Part shown: positions 50,801 through 62,586 of the stretch, one piece after another | Position numbering within the stretch: position 1 is the first letter of the stretch | How the letters are laid out: each line of letters begins with the position of its first letter | NCBI RefSeq assembly: GCF_964355755.1 | Contig: NC_092679.1 | Span: 6,602,201-6,666,200 of the forward strand | DNA length: 64,000 nt | DNA from: Antedon mediterranea | Lineage: Eukaryota > Animalia > Echinodermata | Direction of reading: 5' to 3' | Translations under genes and position numbers: made by a program | The notes under the pieces: generated by a model | The model's database searches: none | Told to the model about the DNA's origin: nothing | Seen by the model: only the letters and a program-made list of their open reading frames with translations

Positions 50801-53800
50801 GACATAAATGGTTACTATAGCATAATAAACATGTGCAGAGTCGAATAATGCGTTCTGGCCATGTCAATTGTGCTATAGTAACCAGTTTTGACATAAATGG
50901 TTACTATAGCATAATAAACATGCGCAGAGTCGAATAATGGGTGCTGCGCATGCCAATTGTGCTATAGTAACCAGTTTCATCGAAAAATAAAAAGGCCGTA
51001 AATTTGTAATTTTTGGAAAAATCCCTGTATAGTACAGGGAAATAAAAAGGCCAAAAATTGGTGATTTTTTGAAAAAAATCCCTGTACTATAATTTTCGAA
51101 TAATGGCAAATTTTCGACCCTTTTATTTGTTGACATAAATGGTTACTATAGCATAGCAAACATGCGCAGAGTCGAATAATGGGTTCTGCGCAAATCAATT
51201 GTGCTATAGTACACTTTTGACATAAATGGTTACGGTACTATAGCATAATAAACATGCGCAGAGTCGAATAATGGGTTCTGCGCATGCCAATTCTGCTATA
51301 GTAACCAGTTTCATCGAAAAACAAGAAGGCCGAAAATTTGTCAATTTTCGACCTTTTTATTTTTTGACATAAATGGTTACTATAGCATAATAAACATGCG
51401 CAGAGTCGAATAATGCTTTCTGCGCATGTCAATTGTGCTATAGTAACCACTTTTGACATAATTGGTTACTATAGCATAATAAACATGCGCAGAGTCGAAT
51501 AATGGGTTCTGCGCATGTCAATTGTGCTATAGTAACCACTTTTAACATAAATGGTTACTATAGCATAACAAACATGCACAGAGTCGAATAATGGGTTCTG
51601 CGCATGTCAATTGTGCTATAGTAACCACTTTTGACATAAATGTTTACGGTATTATAACATAATAAACAGGCGCAGAGTCGAATAAGAGGTTCTGCGCAAA
51701 TCAATTGTGCTGTAGTAACCACTTTTGACATAAATGGTTACTATAGCATAATAAACATGTGCAGAGTCGAATAATGCGTTCTGCCCATGTCAATTGTGCT
51801 ATATAGTAACCAGTTTTGGCATAAATGGTTACTATAGCATAATAAACATGCGCAGAGTCGAATAATGGGTTCTGCGCATGCCAATTGTGCTATAGTAACC
51901 AGTTTCATCGAAAAATAAAAAGGCCGAAAATTTGTCATTTTTTGAAAAAATCCCTGTGTAGTACAGGGAAATAAAAAGGCCGAAAATTGGTCATTTTTTG
52001 AAAAAAATCCCTGTACTATAGTACAGGGAAATTTTCGAAAAAAATTGCCAATTTTCGACCTTTTTATTTTTTGACATAAATGGTTACTATAATAAACATG
52101 CGCAGAGTCGAATGATGCTTTCTGCTCTTGTCAATTGTGCTATAGTAACCACTTTTGACATAATTGGTTACTATAGCATGATAAAGATGCGCAGAGTCGA
52201 ATAATGCGTTCTGCGCATGTCAATTGTACTATAGTAACCACTTTTGACATAAATGGTTACTATAGCATAATAAACATGCGCAGAGTCGAATAATGCGTTC
52301 TGCGCATGTCAATTGTGCTATAGTAACCACTTTTGACATAAATGGTTACTATAGCATAATAAACATGTGCAGAGTCGAATAATGCGTTCTGGCCATGTCA
52401 ATTCTGCTATAGTAACCAGTTTTGACATAAATGGTTACTATAGCATAATAAACATGCGCAGAGTCGAATAATGGGTGCTGCGCATGCCAATTGTGCTATA
52501 GTAACCAGTTTCATCGAAAAATAAAAAGGCCGAAAATTGGTGATTTAAAAAAAACAATCCCTGTACTATAATAGTACAGGGAAATTTTCGAAAAATGGCC
52601 AATTTTCGACCCTTTTATTTGTTTACATAAATGGTTACTATAGCATAACAAACATGCGCAGAGTCGAATAATGGGTTCTACGCATGTCAATTGTGCTATA
52701 GTACACTTTTGACATAAATGGTTACGGTACTATAGCATAATAAACATGCGTAGAGTCGAATAATGGGTTCTGCGCATGCCAATTGTGCTATAGTAACCAG
52801 TTTCATCGAAAAATAAAAAGGCCGAAAATTTGTCATTTTTTGAAAAAATCCCTGTGTAGTACAGGGAAATAAAAAGGCCGAAAATTGGTCATTTTTTGAA
52901 AAAAATCCCTGTACTATAGTACAGGGAAATTTTCGAAAAAATTGCCAATTTTCGACCTTTTTATTTTTTGACATAAATGGTTACTATAATAAACATGCGC
53001 AGAGTCGAATGATGCTTTCTGCGCTTGTCAATTGTGCTATAGTAACCACTTTTGACATAATTGGTTACTATAGCATAATAAAGATGCGCAGAGTCGAATA
53101 ATGCGTTCTGCGCATGTCAATTGTACTATAGTAACCACTTTTGACATAATTGGTTACTATAGCATAATCAACATGCGCAGAGTCGAATAATGGGTTCTGC
53201 GCATGTCAATTGAACCAGTTTCATCGGAAAATAAAAAGGCCGAAAATTGGTCATTTTTTTGAAAAAAATCCCTGTACTATTAATAGTACAGGGAAATTTT
53301 CGAAAAATGGCAAATTTTCGACCCTTTTATTTGTTGACATAAATGGTTACTATAGCATAACAAACATCCGCAGAGTCGAATAATGGATTCTGCGCATGTC
53401 AATTGTGCTATAGTAACCAGTTTCATCGAAAAATAAAAGGCCGAAAATTGTCATTTGAAAAAATCTCTGTACTTTAGTACAGGAATTTTTTCATATTTCG
53501 ACCTTTTTATTTGTTGACATAAATATATGTCTATAAGTGCGTATTTTGGCCATTTTTGGAAAAAAAAATGGCCATATTTCGACCTTTTTATTTGTTGAGA
53601 TAAATGGTTACTATATGTCTATATGATGCTTATAACGCAATATATGCACATATATAGCAATATTATTGCATAATAACAGTATTTTAAAAAGTGCGTATTT
53701 TGGGCCATTTTTCGAAAAAATCCCTGTACTATTATAGTACAGGGATTTTTTCCAAAAATGGCCATATTTCGACCTTTTTAATTTTTGACATTAATGGTTA

Positions 53801-54250
53801 CTATACGTCTATAAGATGCTTATAAACATATATAGCAATATTATTGCATAATAACAGTATTTTAAAAATTGGTCATTTTTCGAAAATTTCCCTGTACATT
53901 GATTTTTTCCAAAAATGGCCAAATTTCGACCATTTTATTTTTCGATGAAGCTGGTTACTATAGCAAATATAACATGCGCAGAACCCATTATTCGACTCTG
54001 CGCATGTTTATTGTGCTATAGTACCCTTTATGTAAAAAAATAAAAGGGTCGAAAATTGCCACTGCAATTGTACTATATATAGCACAGGGATTTTTTCGAA
54101 AAATGGTCAAATATCGACATTTTAACATATTTATAATATTGAGGTAACATTCGCAGAACACATTATTTGCGTCTGCGCATGCCAAATTATGATATAGTGA
54201 CCAGTTATGTAAAAAAATAAAGTGTCGACATTTGGGCATTTTTGAGAAAA
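47860..54250. repeat. Complex palindromic satellite / foldback-like array (89-bp hairpin monomer plus a ~110-130-bp second palindromic module, with higher-order repeats)
   Basis: Monomer TTTTGACATAAATGGTTACTATAGCATAATAAACATGCGCAGAGTCGAATAATGGGTTCTGCGCATGTCAATTGTGCTATAGTAACCAC, e.g. 51451-51539. The second module is centred on CCCTGTACTATAGTACAGGG. ORFs 49310..49597 and 50429..50716 are identical at offset 1119. Confidence 0.95.
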
Positions 54251-54408
54251 AACACTGTTAGAGTTTATTTCAGAAAAAAACATATCTTTTATACTGTTAT
54301 TTCATTTACTATAAATTTATTTTTTTTTAAACTTTAAATATTCAATTATGTTTTATATGAAACTAAAAGTTTGATTGTGTACAGCATCACAGCAATTGGT
54401 TACATGCT

Positions 54409-57400
54409 TCAGAAGAATTCCGCAAGACGAGCATCTGTTTGTAATCTTTGAACCAATGAGTTATATTTAATCGGAGCCAATTCTTTATGTCTGAATAAAA
54501 TAAGATTATATATAACTATATTGTATAACACCTACATAAATTTGATTGGAAGATTCTGGGTCACATGGCGTGCACTTGGGTCACAATAGTAAACAACATT
54601 TGGTGAATGATGAAAGTTTATATGTCAACTCGGCTTCACCTCGTTGAAATATGACCTTTTATCATTCACCTCATGCCATTATTTATACCATTACACTCAT
54701 AAATATTCATTATTTGTATATTATTGAACTATATGTGTATAAACTATATCTTAAAATATATGTATTTACCTGTTTAGCCTTAGCTCCAGTATATGTATCC
54801 TAAACATGGCCTCGCTGCAGTATTCAAGATATTCCTCTTCGTCTTCCTTTAACATGTTTACCTGGTTCTGTTGGTACCACTGCTGTTTCTTTTGTAATTC
54901 AGCAGTTTCCTAATAACATATAAAAAAAAATTCTTTTAATGATAAATGTACAAAAGTCTATAAATGTAGATAATTAATGTGTTGGGTTTTTGAAAAGTGT
55001 ATAGAGAACTTTATTATGCACATGTAGACAGACCTACTACTTAATGCCCCATCCAATGGACGATTGAATGGGTGCAGAGCATCTTGCAAAAGGACACAAC
55101 ATGGTAAAAGAAACTGGGGATTTTTTGTGAAATCAGACCATCAATGAATTGATACTATAGAAATAATATCCTATCTATCTATGGACAACATTTACTGGAG
55201 TGTTAAGTGAGAAAAAGTAACTTTGAGTCACTGGATGAAGCTGAAGAGATTTGAATTATACAACCATTTAGGCAGAAAATAGTTCTCGGTAGCATTGTCA
55301 AATGGTAAATTTGGGCAGACAGTTGAAAGTACAGTGGCGTAATGGCTATGAGTGCTCACTGGGTAAACCAAGGAGCTTATGGGGGCCCCTGACCATTGCT
55401 GAGAGGAAAAAAATCAGGCATTAAAATATGATGAAAAAGGCTGAAAACGCCTGAGGCCTCCAGTGTTGGAAGGCCACTTAGGGTTTCTAAACCAGGGTCC
55501 TCAGGCCTAGGCTGCGTTACACCACTGTGAGAGTACCTTTTCAAATCTAGCCTGAATAAGATTAGCCTTATCTATCAGTCTGTGTTTCAAGTCAGCAAGG
55601 CAATCTAACTTCAGCTCCATTGCTTGGTCTTTGTTAAGCCGTTCTGGGTCTCCCTTTTGGGCTAAGAACGGTGCCAGATAGTCAAGTTCCATCTCCTCTC
55701 GTCGCTTTTTCTCTTCAAGAAGTAATTTTTCCTACAAAAGTAATAAAAATGTCAACTAAAATTTGGTATTAAGAGAGCTGGGGAACCCTCCCTGAGGGGC
55801 ATAAATAAGGGTGTATAATCAGGAACAGATCCATGATTTGTTTTACTAAAATATAATATTATTAGTTTATCCAAAATATAAATCATAAAACAGTTTTATA
55901 ATTGCATATACTTAGCTGTGAAAAGGGGGAGGGGGAAGCATGTGACCCTGCACTCCCCCCTCACCCTAGATCCTCCCCTGACAGATGACATATAATAATT
56001 GAATGTATAGTTTTTACTTACTCGGTCAAGCCTGTGCTGTTTAGCTTTCTCATTTCGTTCGGTGTCATACACAGATATAACCAAATCCGACCTGGCCTCC
56101 TCATTCAGACGATTTTCAAGAATTTCTCGAACCTATTAAAAAAAAATGTATTACCAAAAAACTAATCTATTAAAAACGATTCCAGTTTTTTTTTAAATAG
56201 TTCAGGACGTCTTTTCATAAATCATTAAGAGAATTGTTTAAAAAAATATATACCTCTTCTTCTGACTCTCGTACTGCTAACACTGTCTTATCTTCCAGGC
56301 TGACCATATCAACCAGCATGGTATACACCTCTAAATTTTTAGCATTTTTTTGATGTGGGTTCACTTGGAATGTCTGAGTGAGGTCAGGTGCGAATGACAG
56401 AATAGATCCTTTATCATTTGCGTTAGGGGGTTTGATAAACTCCCTCGTGGATGCGGTAATGTTGCTACTCTGGTGGTGGAACATCAGCTGTATTCGATCA
56501 TCTTTGATTTGGAAAACCAACTCTGCAATGTCTTCATTGGCTGATTTTTTTGGGTTTCGGTGAAATTTGTTGGTGATTTTCTAGACAGAATATTATAATA
56601 ATAAATTAGTAATTTCTGTATTTCAGTGGTGGATTCGGATTTTGAAATATGGATTGGAGGGGGATCAGGACCTAACAATTATAAAATGACTGAATAGTTA
56701 TGTAAAAGAACACAAATATAATATATTTTATAAAAAAGTCTGAAGCGAAGGCATAATAAAAAATAAATAAATGAGGAGAGAATAAAATGCATATACTGTA
56801 CCAACCAATATTGGCCGTGGATTGTGACTAGGGGCTGCATTAGCTGGTTCTAGCTTCTTTGGTCTCTTCCCAAATTGAATATTCCTGTAATGAAGAAAAT
56901 CTTGTCTATTGGTGAAGTACTCTGTCATCGCCATTGCCGTTTCTTCCCGCTTTACAAGTCCGTCGACACGAGAATGGTGATAGAAAATCATAGTTCTTTC
57001 AGTTTCTGGACCTGGTGTCATTGCCTTGTAAAGATGCTCTGTAAGATTTGAAAAATAAATATAAAAATGATTTGTTGGTGTTGAAAAATGCATTTCCCCA
57101 GGCAAACACATTTTCCACGTACTGTACTTAAATTTATGTTAAAAGCGCCCTCTATAATATTATATTTTTTTAATGTGTATAGCGCCCTCTATTGTTTGGC
57201 TATGCTTTTCTAAATTCTCTGGATATCACTTTTTCAAATTTGGACCTCCGAGAAGTCAGACAATTAGAAAGTTTATTACCTTTGAGGTTCTGCTGTCTTC
57301 CTTCTTTGTAGTATTCTGTAATCTGTCCAGATCTGTGATTGTGGAACCTCATGTCCAGTTTATCGGCTCTGTGTGCGTACCATTCCTTCACTTGAATTAA

Positions 57401-60400
57401 TTCTTTCACTAATAAAATTAAATGAATAATTATCAGATACTTTATTCCAAACACTCTTTGTGATATTTCAGTAAACTAGTATTGTTTAGCCACTGTTGGA
57501 AAGCAGAGTTTAGCAATGAAACTTAACTCTATGGCCTACACGTGTCTAGTTCACGCTCTAGTTAATATTATACCGTCAACATTAAAATACTAACTTTCTC
57601 TGTCGTGATATATGCTTAGTCTCGTTATAAGACCGTCATCCATTAAGTAGCGGGCAAACTTCTCAAGTTTGGATCTTTTGTAAAGAATTGTCTTCTTTCC
57701 TTTCGGACATCTTGACTGGAACTGCTTCAACGTCAAGTTAATAGGGCTGACCCACGAGGGCGGCATATCAAGATGCTTTTCTTCCTCTTTCTCTTCATCC
57801 TTAAATAATATTAACAATTTGTAAATATTAAGTACTGTATGTCTAAATATGGCAAGTATGTCTAAATATGGCAAGTATGTCTAAATATGGTAAGTACTGT
57901 ATGTCTAAATTTGGCAACATGTCTAAATATGGTAAGTACGTGTCTAAACATGGCAGGATTTCTAAATATATTAAGTGCGAGTTTGAATAAAGTAAGCGGT
58001 ATGCTGACAGAGGAGTATGGAGAAAAATGTCAAAAGAACTACGTACCTCTTCGTCGTCAAATGCTTCAAGCTCATCCTCATCAGCAATCTCTAAAATTGG
58101 TTTCTCGTTGCCCGGAAACATGTACTCCCACCTGACGCAATCACCAAGATCAAAAATCAAGTCCTACCAAGAAAAAGTAAGTTATAAATAAATCCAATTG
58201 AATATGAACCATACTATACCAGCTCCAAGTGATCAAAAGTTTAAGACATCTGCATATCAAGCAGAAAGTTCCAGGTTCAAAATCTTGGTGCGGCAGCTTT
58301 TTCTCATTCTCAGATTTTCTCCTCACTACCATTTTAAAAATGAATTAATTTCCAGTATATCTCTGGCCAATTTTGAGTTCCTTGATTATATGATTATTAG
58401 TATTTGTTTTATCTACGGAGACTGTACATACATCAAGACTTGTGTGCCATTTTGCTGGTGAACATGGTTTTAACTAGACAGTACATGCTGGTTGAGTACT
58501 AACTCTTTGAAGTATCAGTGGGCGTAATGTAGAGACCTGGGGCTCCTGGTTTAAAAACCCTAAGTGGCCCTCCAACATTGAAGGCCTTGGGCGTTTTTAG
58601 CCTTTACCGACATATTTCAATGCCATAACCTCAGGGGCTCTGGGTTTAGTGAGCGCTCATAGCCATTACGCCACTTAATCAATTATAGGCCTATACAATC
58701 TTTCAGTTTCAAGATTTGATTTCATTCCTACCTTGCATCCATTAGAGCAATCTTGCATGTTGACATAGTAGTTGGTGTTGTTCCACAAGGATTCAATGCC
58801 GTGGAACCTTTCATCATGTGTGAGGTAGTAATTGCCAGTAAACGGTTCAATAAAGAAGTTTTCTGGTACTTCACGTTTTCCTGCCAACACCAGCACCCAA
58901 CTGTGTATTCTAAGACCATGTAAATCATCTGCTGGTGCTTTCTCTAGTTCCTACAAATATTGGTAAACAACATTTAATTGGTATCGTTATTCTTTCTTTC
59001 TTTCTTTTTTTATTATCCATACAAAACAAACAAAACAATATTGTAAATGAATATAATACAATGGATAATTAGAGCTGGAAAATAGCAAAACACTAGTCAA
59101 TTCCAACCCCACAACACTTTAAGTTAAAACAAATTATAGTTATTCCTCTTTCATCCCATTGGGACATAGAGAAATTCTTGTAGTTTCTCCATAACAAAAT
59201 GATTAAACTTTTAAGGTCATAAATAAACAGAACACTGAGGCAACACTGGACCTCCAGTTTTCAGTCCAAGAAGCCTTTTTTTACAACCAGCTCTTATGGT
59301 CAATTAATGCCTTGAACCTGCAATAAAATAGATGTGGCCTCAAGTGTCCTGTTTTAACTACTCGGCCATTCAACCATATTACTTTCATACAGTAGTTTAC
59401 CATAATATATAATACAGTAATGTGTATAAAATAATTAAAAACATTGTACGCATTCTAACCTCCTGTTTTTGTTCTTCTTCAAGTCGTTTCTTTTCAAGTT
59501 CGTTTTCGATTTCTTTCGTCCGCCTCATTTCTTGCTTACGAATAAATTTACTTTGAAGATCCTTGGGAGGTTTAACGGTGTACTTCTTCAACACCTTCTT
59601 TTTCTCTTCTTCTTTAACCTGAAAAATATTATTTTTTAAATCACAAGGAACATGGCTGGAAGAATAGGAATATTACTGATTTACAACAAACATCAGACAT
59701 GCTATAGTATCTCCGAAATGTGTTTCAAAACAAATTCTGTGATGATCAAAAACAAATTTGGATGCATGTTGAATTATACTCAAAAACCTTTAATCCGTTT
59801 GAAATTTACCGAGTGCATGGGTGTTGTAATTGTTAAAGCCAATCATAGTGTAAAGAGCTTATAAAATAAGCACATATGCAGTACCTCATCCTTCTTTTTT
59901 AGCAGCGGGCAAATTTCTCTGATTTCATCACACAGTGTTGTCTCACGGTTAGCATAGCCACACACAACATATGCATCGTAGCCTGCTCCCAGAAGAAACG
60001 AACACAGTATTGTACTCATTTCAAAGCTATTTCCCTGCTGTGTCTCAAGTATGGTGGTTGGTGAACGTACAGTCCTAGGCTATAAAAGAAACAGAAATCT
60101 TTCCATTGTTTTATTCTTTGCTAAATTACTGGTGGGGTGGAGGGGGCTGGGGGGGGGGGGGAGAATGCACAATAGGAATGAAATAACATTTATATATACA
60201 CTGTATATAATACTGTAGGTTTTTTTCTGTTTTGTTTGTAGTACTGTACCTACCAATTCTATCGGCGAGTCCAATGGTTCAAATGTGATGTAATCTGCAA
60301 CAAATTCGGCACAGCCATCATAATTATATAGTTCTTGAAATGGTAGTAATGTTGGTTGGATTGTCGTACACACGAACTTCTCAACTTTGCATTCATTCGA

Positions 60401-60939
60401 AGGGTTTAAGAGCAATGGCTTCCTGTCCCGATAAAGATGTACAAACTGACGACGAAAGTTCTCGGCATATTGTAAAATCAACCTTTCTTTTGCAATATTT
60501 TCTTTGTATGTTATTGGGAATCTATCCATATTGATGATTGGTCTAAATGAAAAAAATAATAAAATAAAGAAAACAATTTCTGACAATGATCTAATATTAA
60601 TAAATTAGTATCACATTTTTTTTATAATATTTATATAGATAGGCTAAAACTAGGCTAGCCTATTCTATTGTATTGTATTTCTAGGCCTAGCCTAGCTAGT
60701 AGTAGGGCCTAGCTAGTCTATATGATGAGTATTGTCTAGCCTATAAAATATCCATAAACTCACGTGTCAATTTTTGGAGGGACATCTATATGTATTTTAT
60801 CAAGCTCTTCTCTCATTTCTTCAACACCTGCCAGAGCTTCGGCGGGGATTTCTTCTGCGTCTCCGCCTCCATTTTCCATTGTGTCAGGTTCGTCTGTTGT
60901 TGTGGTCAGGCCTAGCTGTGCTGCTTGCTCTTCCTCCAT
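54409..60939 (-). CDS. DRC7: Dynein regulatory complex subunit 7 (CCDC135), 14 exons
   Basis: Exons (minus) 60939-60764, 60542-60254, 60079-59885, 59618-59460, 58950-58732, 58163-58047, 57799-57595, 57408-57280, 57038-56806, 56580-56254, 56132-56022, 55731-55537, 54909-54770, 54490-54409. Motifs NFRRQFVHLYRDRKPL, KFVCTT, LLGAGYDAY, HGLRIHSWVLVLAGKREVPENFFIEPFTG, GIESLWN, DYLAPFL, RLIDKANLIQARFEKET. Confidence 0.95.
55332..55527. mobile_element. hAT-type MITE
   Basis: TIRs CAGTGGCGTAA...TTACACCACTG; 8-bp flanks TGAAAGTA/TGAGAGTA. Related copies at ~58517-58674 (opposite orientation) and ~8998-9140. Confidence 0.75.
57832..57970. repeat. 18-bp minisatellite in DRC7 intron 6
   Basis: (TATGTCTAAATATGGCAAG)-like unit, about 7 copies. 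Confidence 0.85.
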
Positions 60940-61090
60940 GGTAATAACTCGTTGTAAAAATATTTAGAGTCTTCGAAATACAAAAATAAACAAATTCACT
61001 TATTACAATGTTTACTCTAAACTATAATCCTATAAAAGACAATTGTAAATTTGTTGTCCGTTTTCTGCACTCGGTGAATGCTTTGCTTAT

Positions 61091-61132
61091 CATGGCCTAG
61101 CAACGCAAACAACTATTTATTGAGCATGCGCA
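61091..61132. promoter_or_regulatory. Candidate RFX X-box and NRF1-like site upstream of DRC7
   Basis: CATGGCCTAGCAAC (strong TAGCAAC half-site) at 61091-61104 and TGAGCATGCGCA at 61121-61132, about 150-190 bp upstream of the ATG. RFX control of motile-cilia genes is established. Confidence 0.45.
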
Positions 61133-61706
61133 AACAAATCTTTTAACTGGATGGGAAATCCCTATTCTATTGTTTCGCGTTTTGTGATAATCATTCCTTT
61201 CATAGTGCAAGTGCTGTGGATAACATTTTGGTAGTGCGTACTATTTCTATCTACTTGTATCATTTGCAATGGTAAATGTATAGAACTTGTGAAAAACATC
61301 CTTATACAAAGAATTGTGCTTATGTAAGCTTTTTGTGCTCTAAGATCTCAACATCATGAGTATAAAATAATTAGCCTATAACCATTGATTATAAGCACCT
61401 ATTTCTAATGTCTTGTTATCTTTTAACTATATGTTGGCATCCACTTTTTTCACTTTCATTTCAATACAATACAATACAAGTGACAACAAAATCTTATTAA
61501 AGATTTACATACATACATTATTATTCAGATATTGTGTATTAGTATAGGCTACCAGTTAATGATGTTTTTAACAAAATATCTTCGTTTTTTCAGTTGTTCC
61601 CATAAAAATATTGTACATACTATAATTATCATTGGATATTGTATACGAAAAACAGAGAAAATTAAAACTTTATTTCTTAAAATGGTGGTATGCCTAACTG
61701 TTAAAT

Positions 61707-61759
61707 TTAGGATTCGTAATTTTCACCCACGCGGCCGCTCGATTCCCGCCACACGAGAA
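61707..61759 (+). pseudogene. Degenerate 5'-truncated tRNA-Glu fragment
   Basis: TTAGGATTCGTAATTTTCACCCACGCGGCCGCTCGATTCCCGCCACACGAGAA aligns to the 3' two-thirds of the other two copies. Confidence 0.65.
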
Positions 61760-62087
61760 TCATATTTATTCGTTATTCACTACAAAATAAAAACATTTCA
61801 TTAAATTCATTCAAATTATTTATACAAAAACAAAATATATTATTTATAATAGATAGATCGAACACAATTGGAAATGGTACAAGGCAAAACAAAAACCAAA
61901 ACAAAAACAAACAAAACACATGCCAAATGAAACAAAACAACTCTTAAAATGCAACTAAAATACGACTATATTTTATAAAATTTTACAAATTTGCATATTT
62001 GATGGCATTCTTGTTATCTTATACGAGACCTTTGTAACTTGTATTGTCACTAATACAATGATTGGATGTCAAAAAACATTAAGCATC

Positions 62088-62159
62088 TCCCGTGTGGTCT
62101 AGTGGTTAGGATTCGTGGTTTTCACCCACGCGGCCCGGGTTCGATTCCCGGCACAAGAA
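62088..62159 (+). tRNA. tRNA-Glu (TTC); two acceptor-stem mismatches, possibly non-functional
   Basis: TCCCGTGTGGTCTAGTGGTTAGGATTCGTGG-TT-TTC-AC-CCACGCGGCCCGGGTTCGATTCCCGGCACAAGAA. A and B boxes, anticodon stem and T arm are intact. The 3' acceptor strand is CACAAGA instead of CACGGGA. An oligo-T terminator follows. Confidence 0.8.
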
Positions 62160-62519
62160 GCTTGTGTTTTTTTATTATACTTTTCTTAAAAAGTAACAAA
62201 CTACTGTAATTAGAATACACTGAACGCATTCATAAAAACAAAATATTTCATTATTTACCAAAAAAATGATTACTTAGACATAGAACCAACACCCCACCCC
62301 AATAGAATAAGGCAGGGGTTGATCACTTAAAAACATTTATTTAAATTCACTTAAATCGTTCGTTCACAAATAAAACACATTTTTTATATCATGCAAAATA
62401 AAAAACGAAAACAAAAATCCCCCTCAAATACAACTAACATTTAAAATTTTGTATTTATTATTTTTATCTAAAGTACGATTCCAATTTTGTTACACTTGAA
62501 TGTTAAAACTAATATCATC

Positions 62520-62586
62520 TCCCGTGTGGTCTAGTGGTTAGGATTCGTGGTTTTCACCCACGCGGCCCGGGTTCGATTCACGGGAA
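62520..62586 (+). pseudogene. tRNA-Glu (TTC) pseudogene with a 5-bp deletion in the T stem
   Basis: Identical to the 62088 copy up to GTTCGATT, then lacks CCCGG. The acceptor 3' strand CACGGGA is intact. Confidence 0.8.

Noticed and set aside
48700-53450. CRISPR-like look of palindromic repeats with intervening sequence
   Set aside because: Eukaryotic context, no unique spacers (the intervening modules are themselves repeated) and no cas genes.
48552-54239. Many repetitive Cys-rich ORFs (IIRLCACLLCYSNHLCQ) on the minus strand
   Set aside because: They are translations of the 89-bp satellite. The unit length is not a multiple of 3, frames break constantly and there is no splice structure.
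57832-57970. 18-bp minisatellite containing GGTAAGTA as a fifth donor-anchored repeat
   Set aside because: DRC7 is on the minus strand, so the motif is antisense, and the array does not touch a junction.
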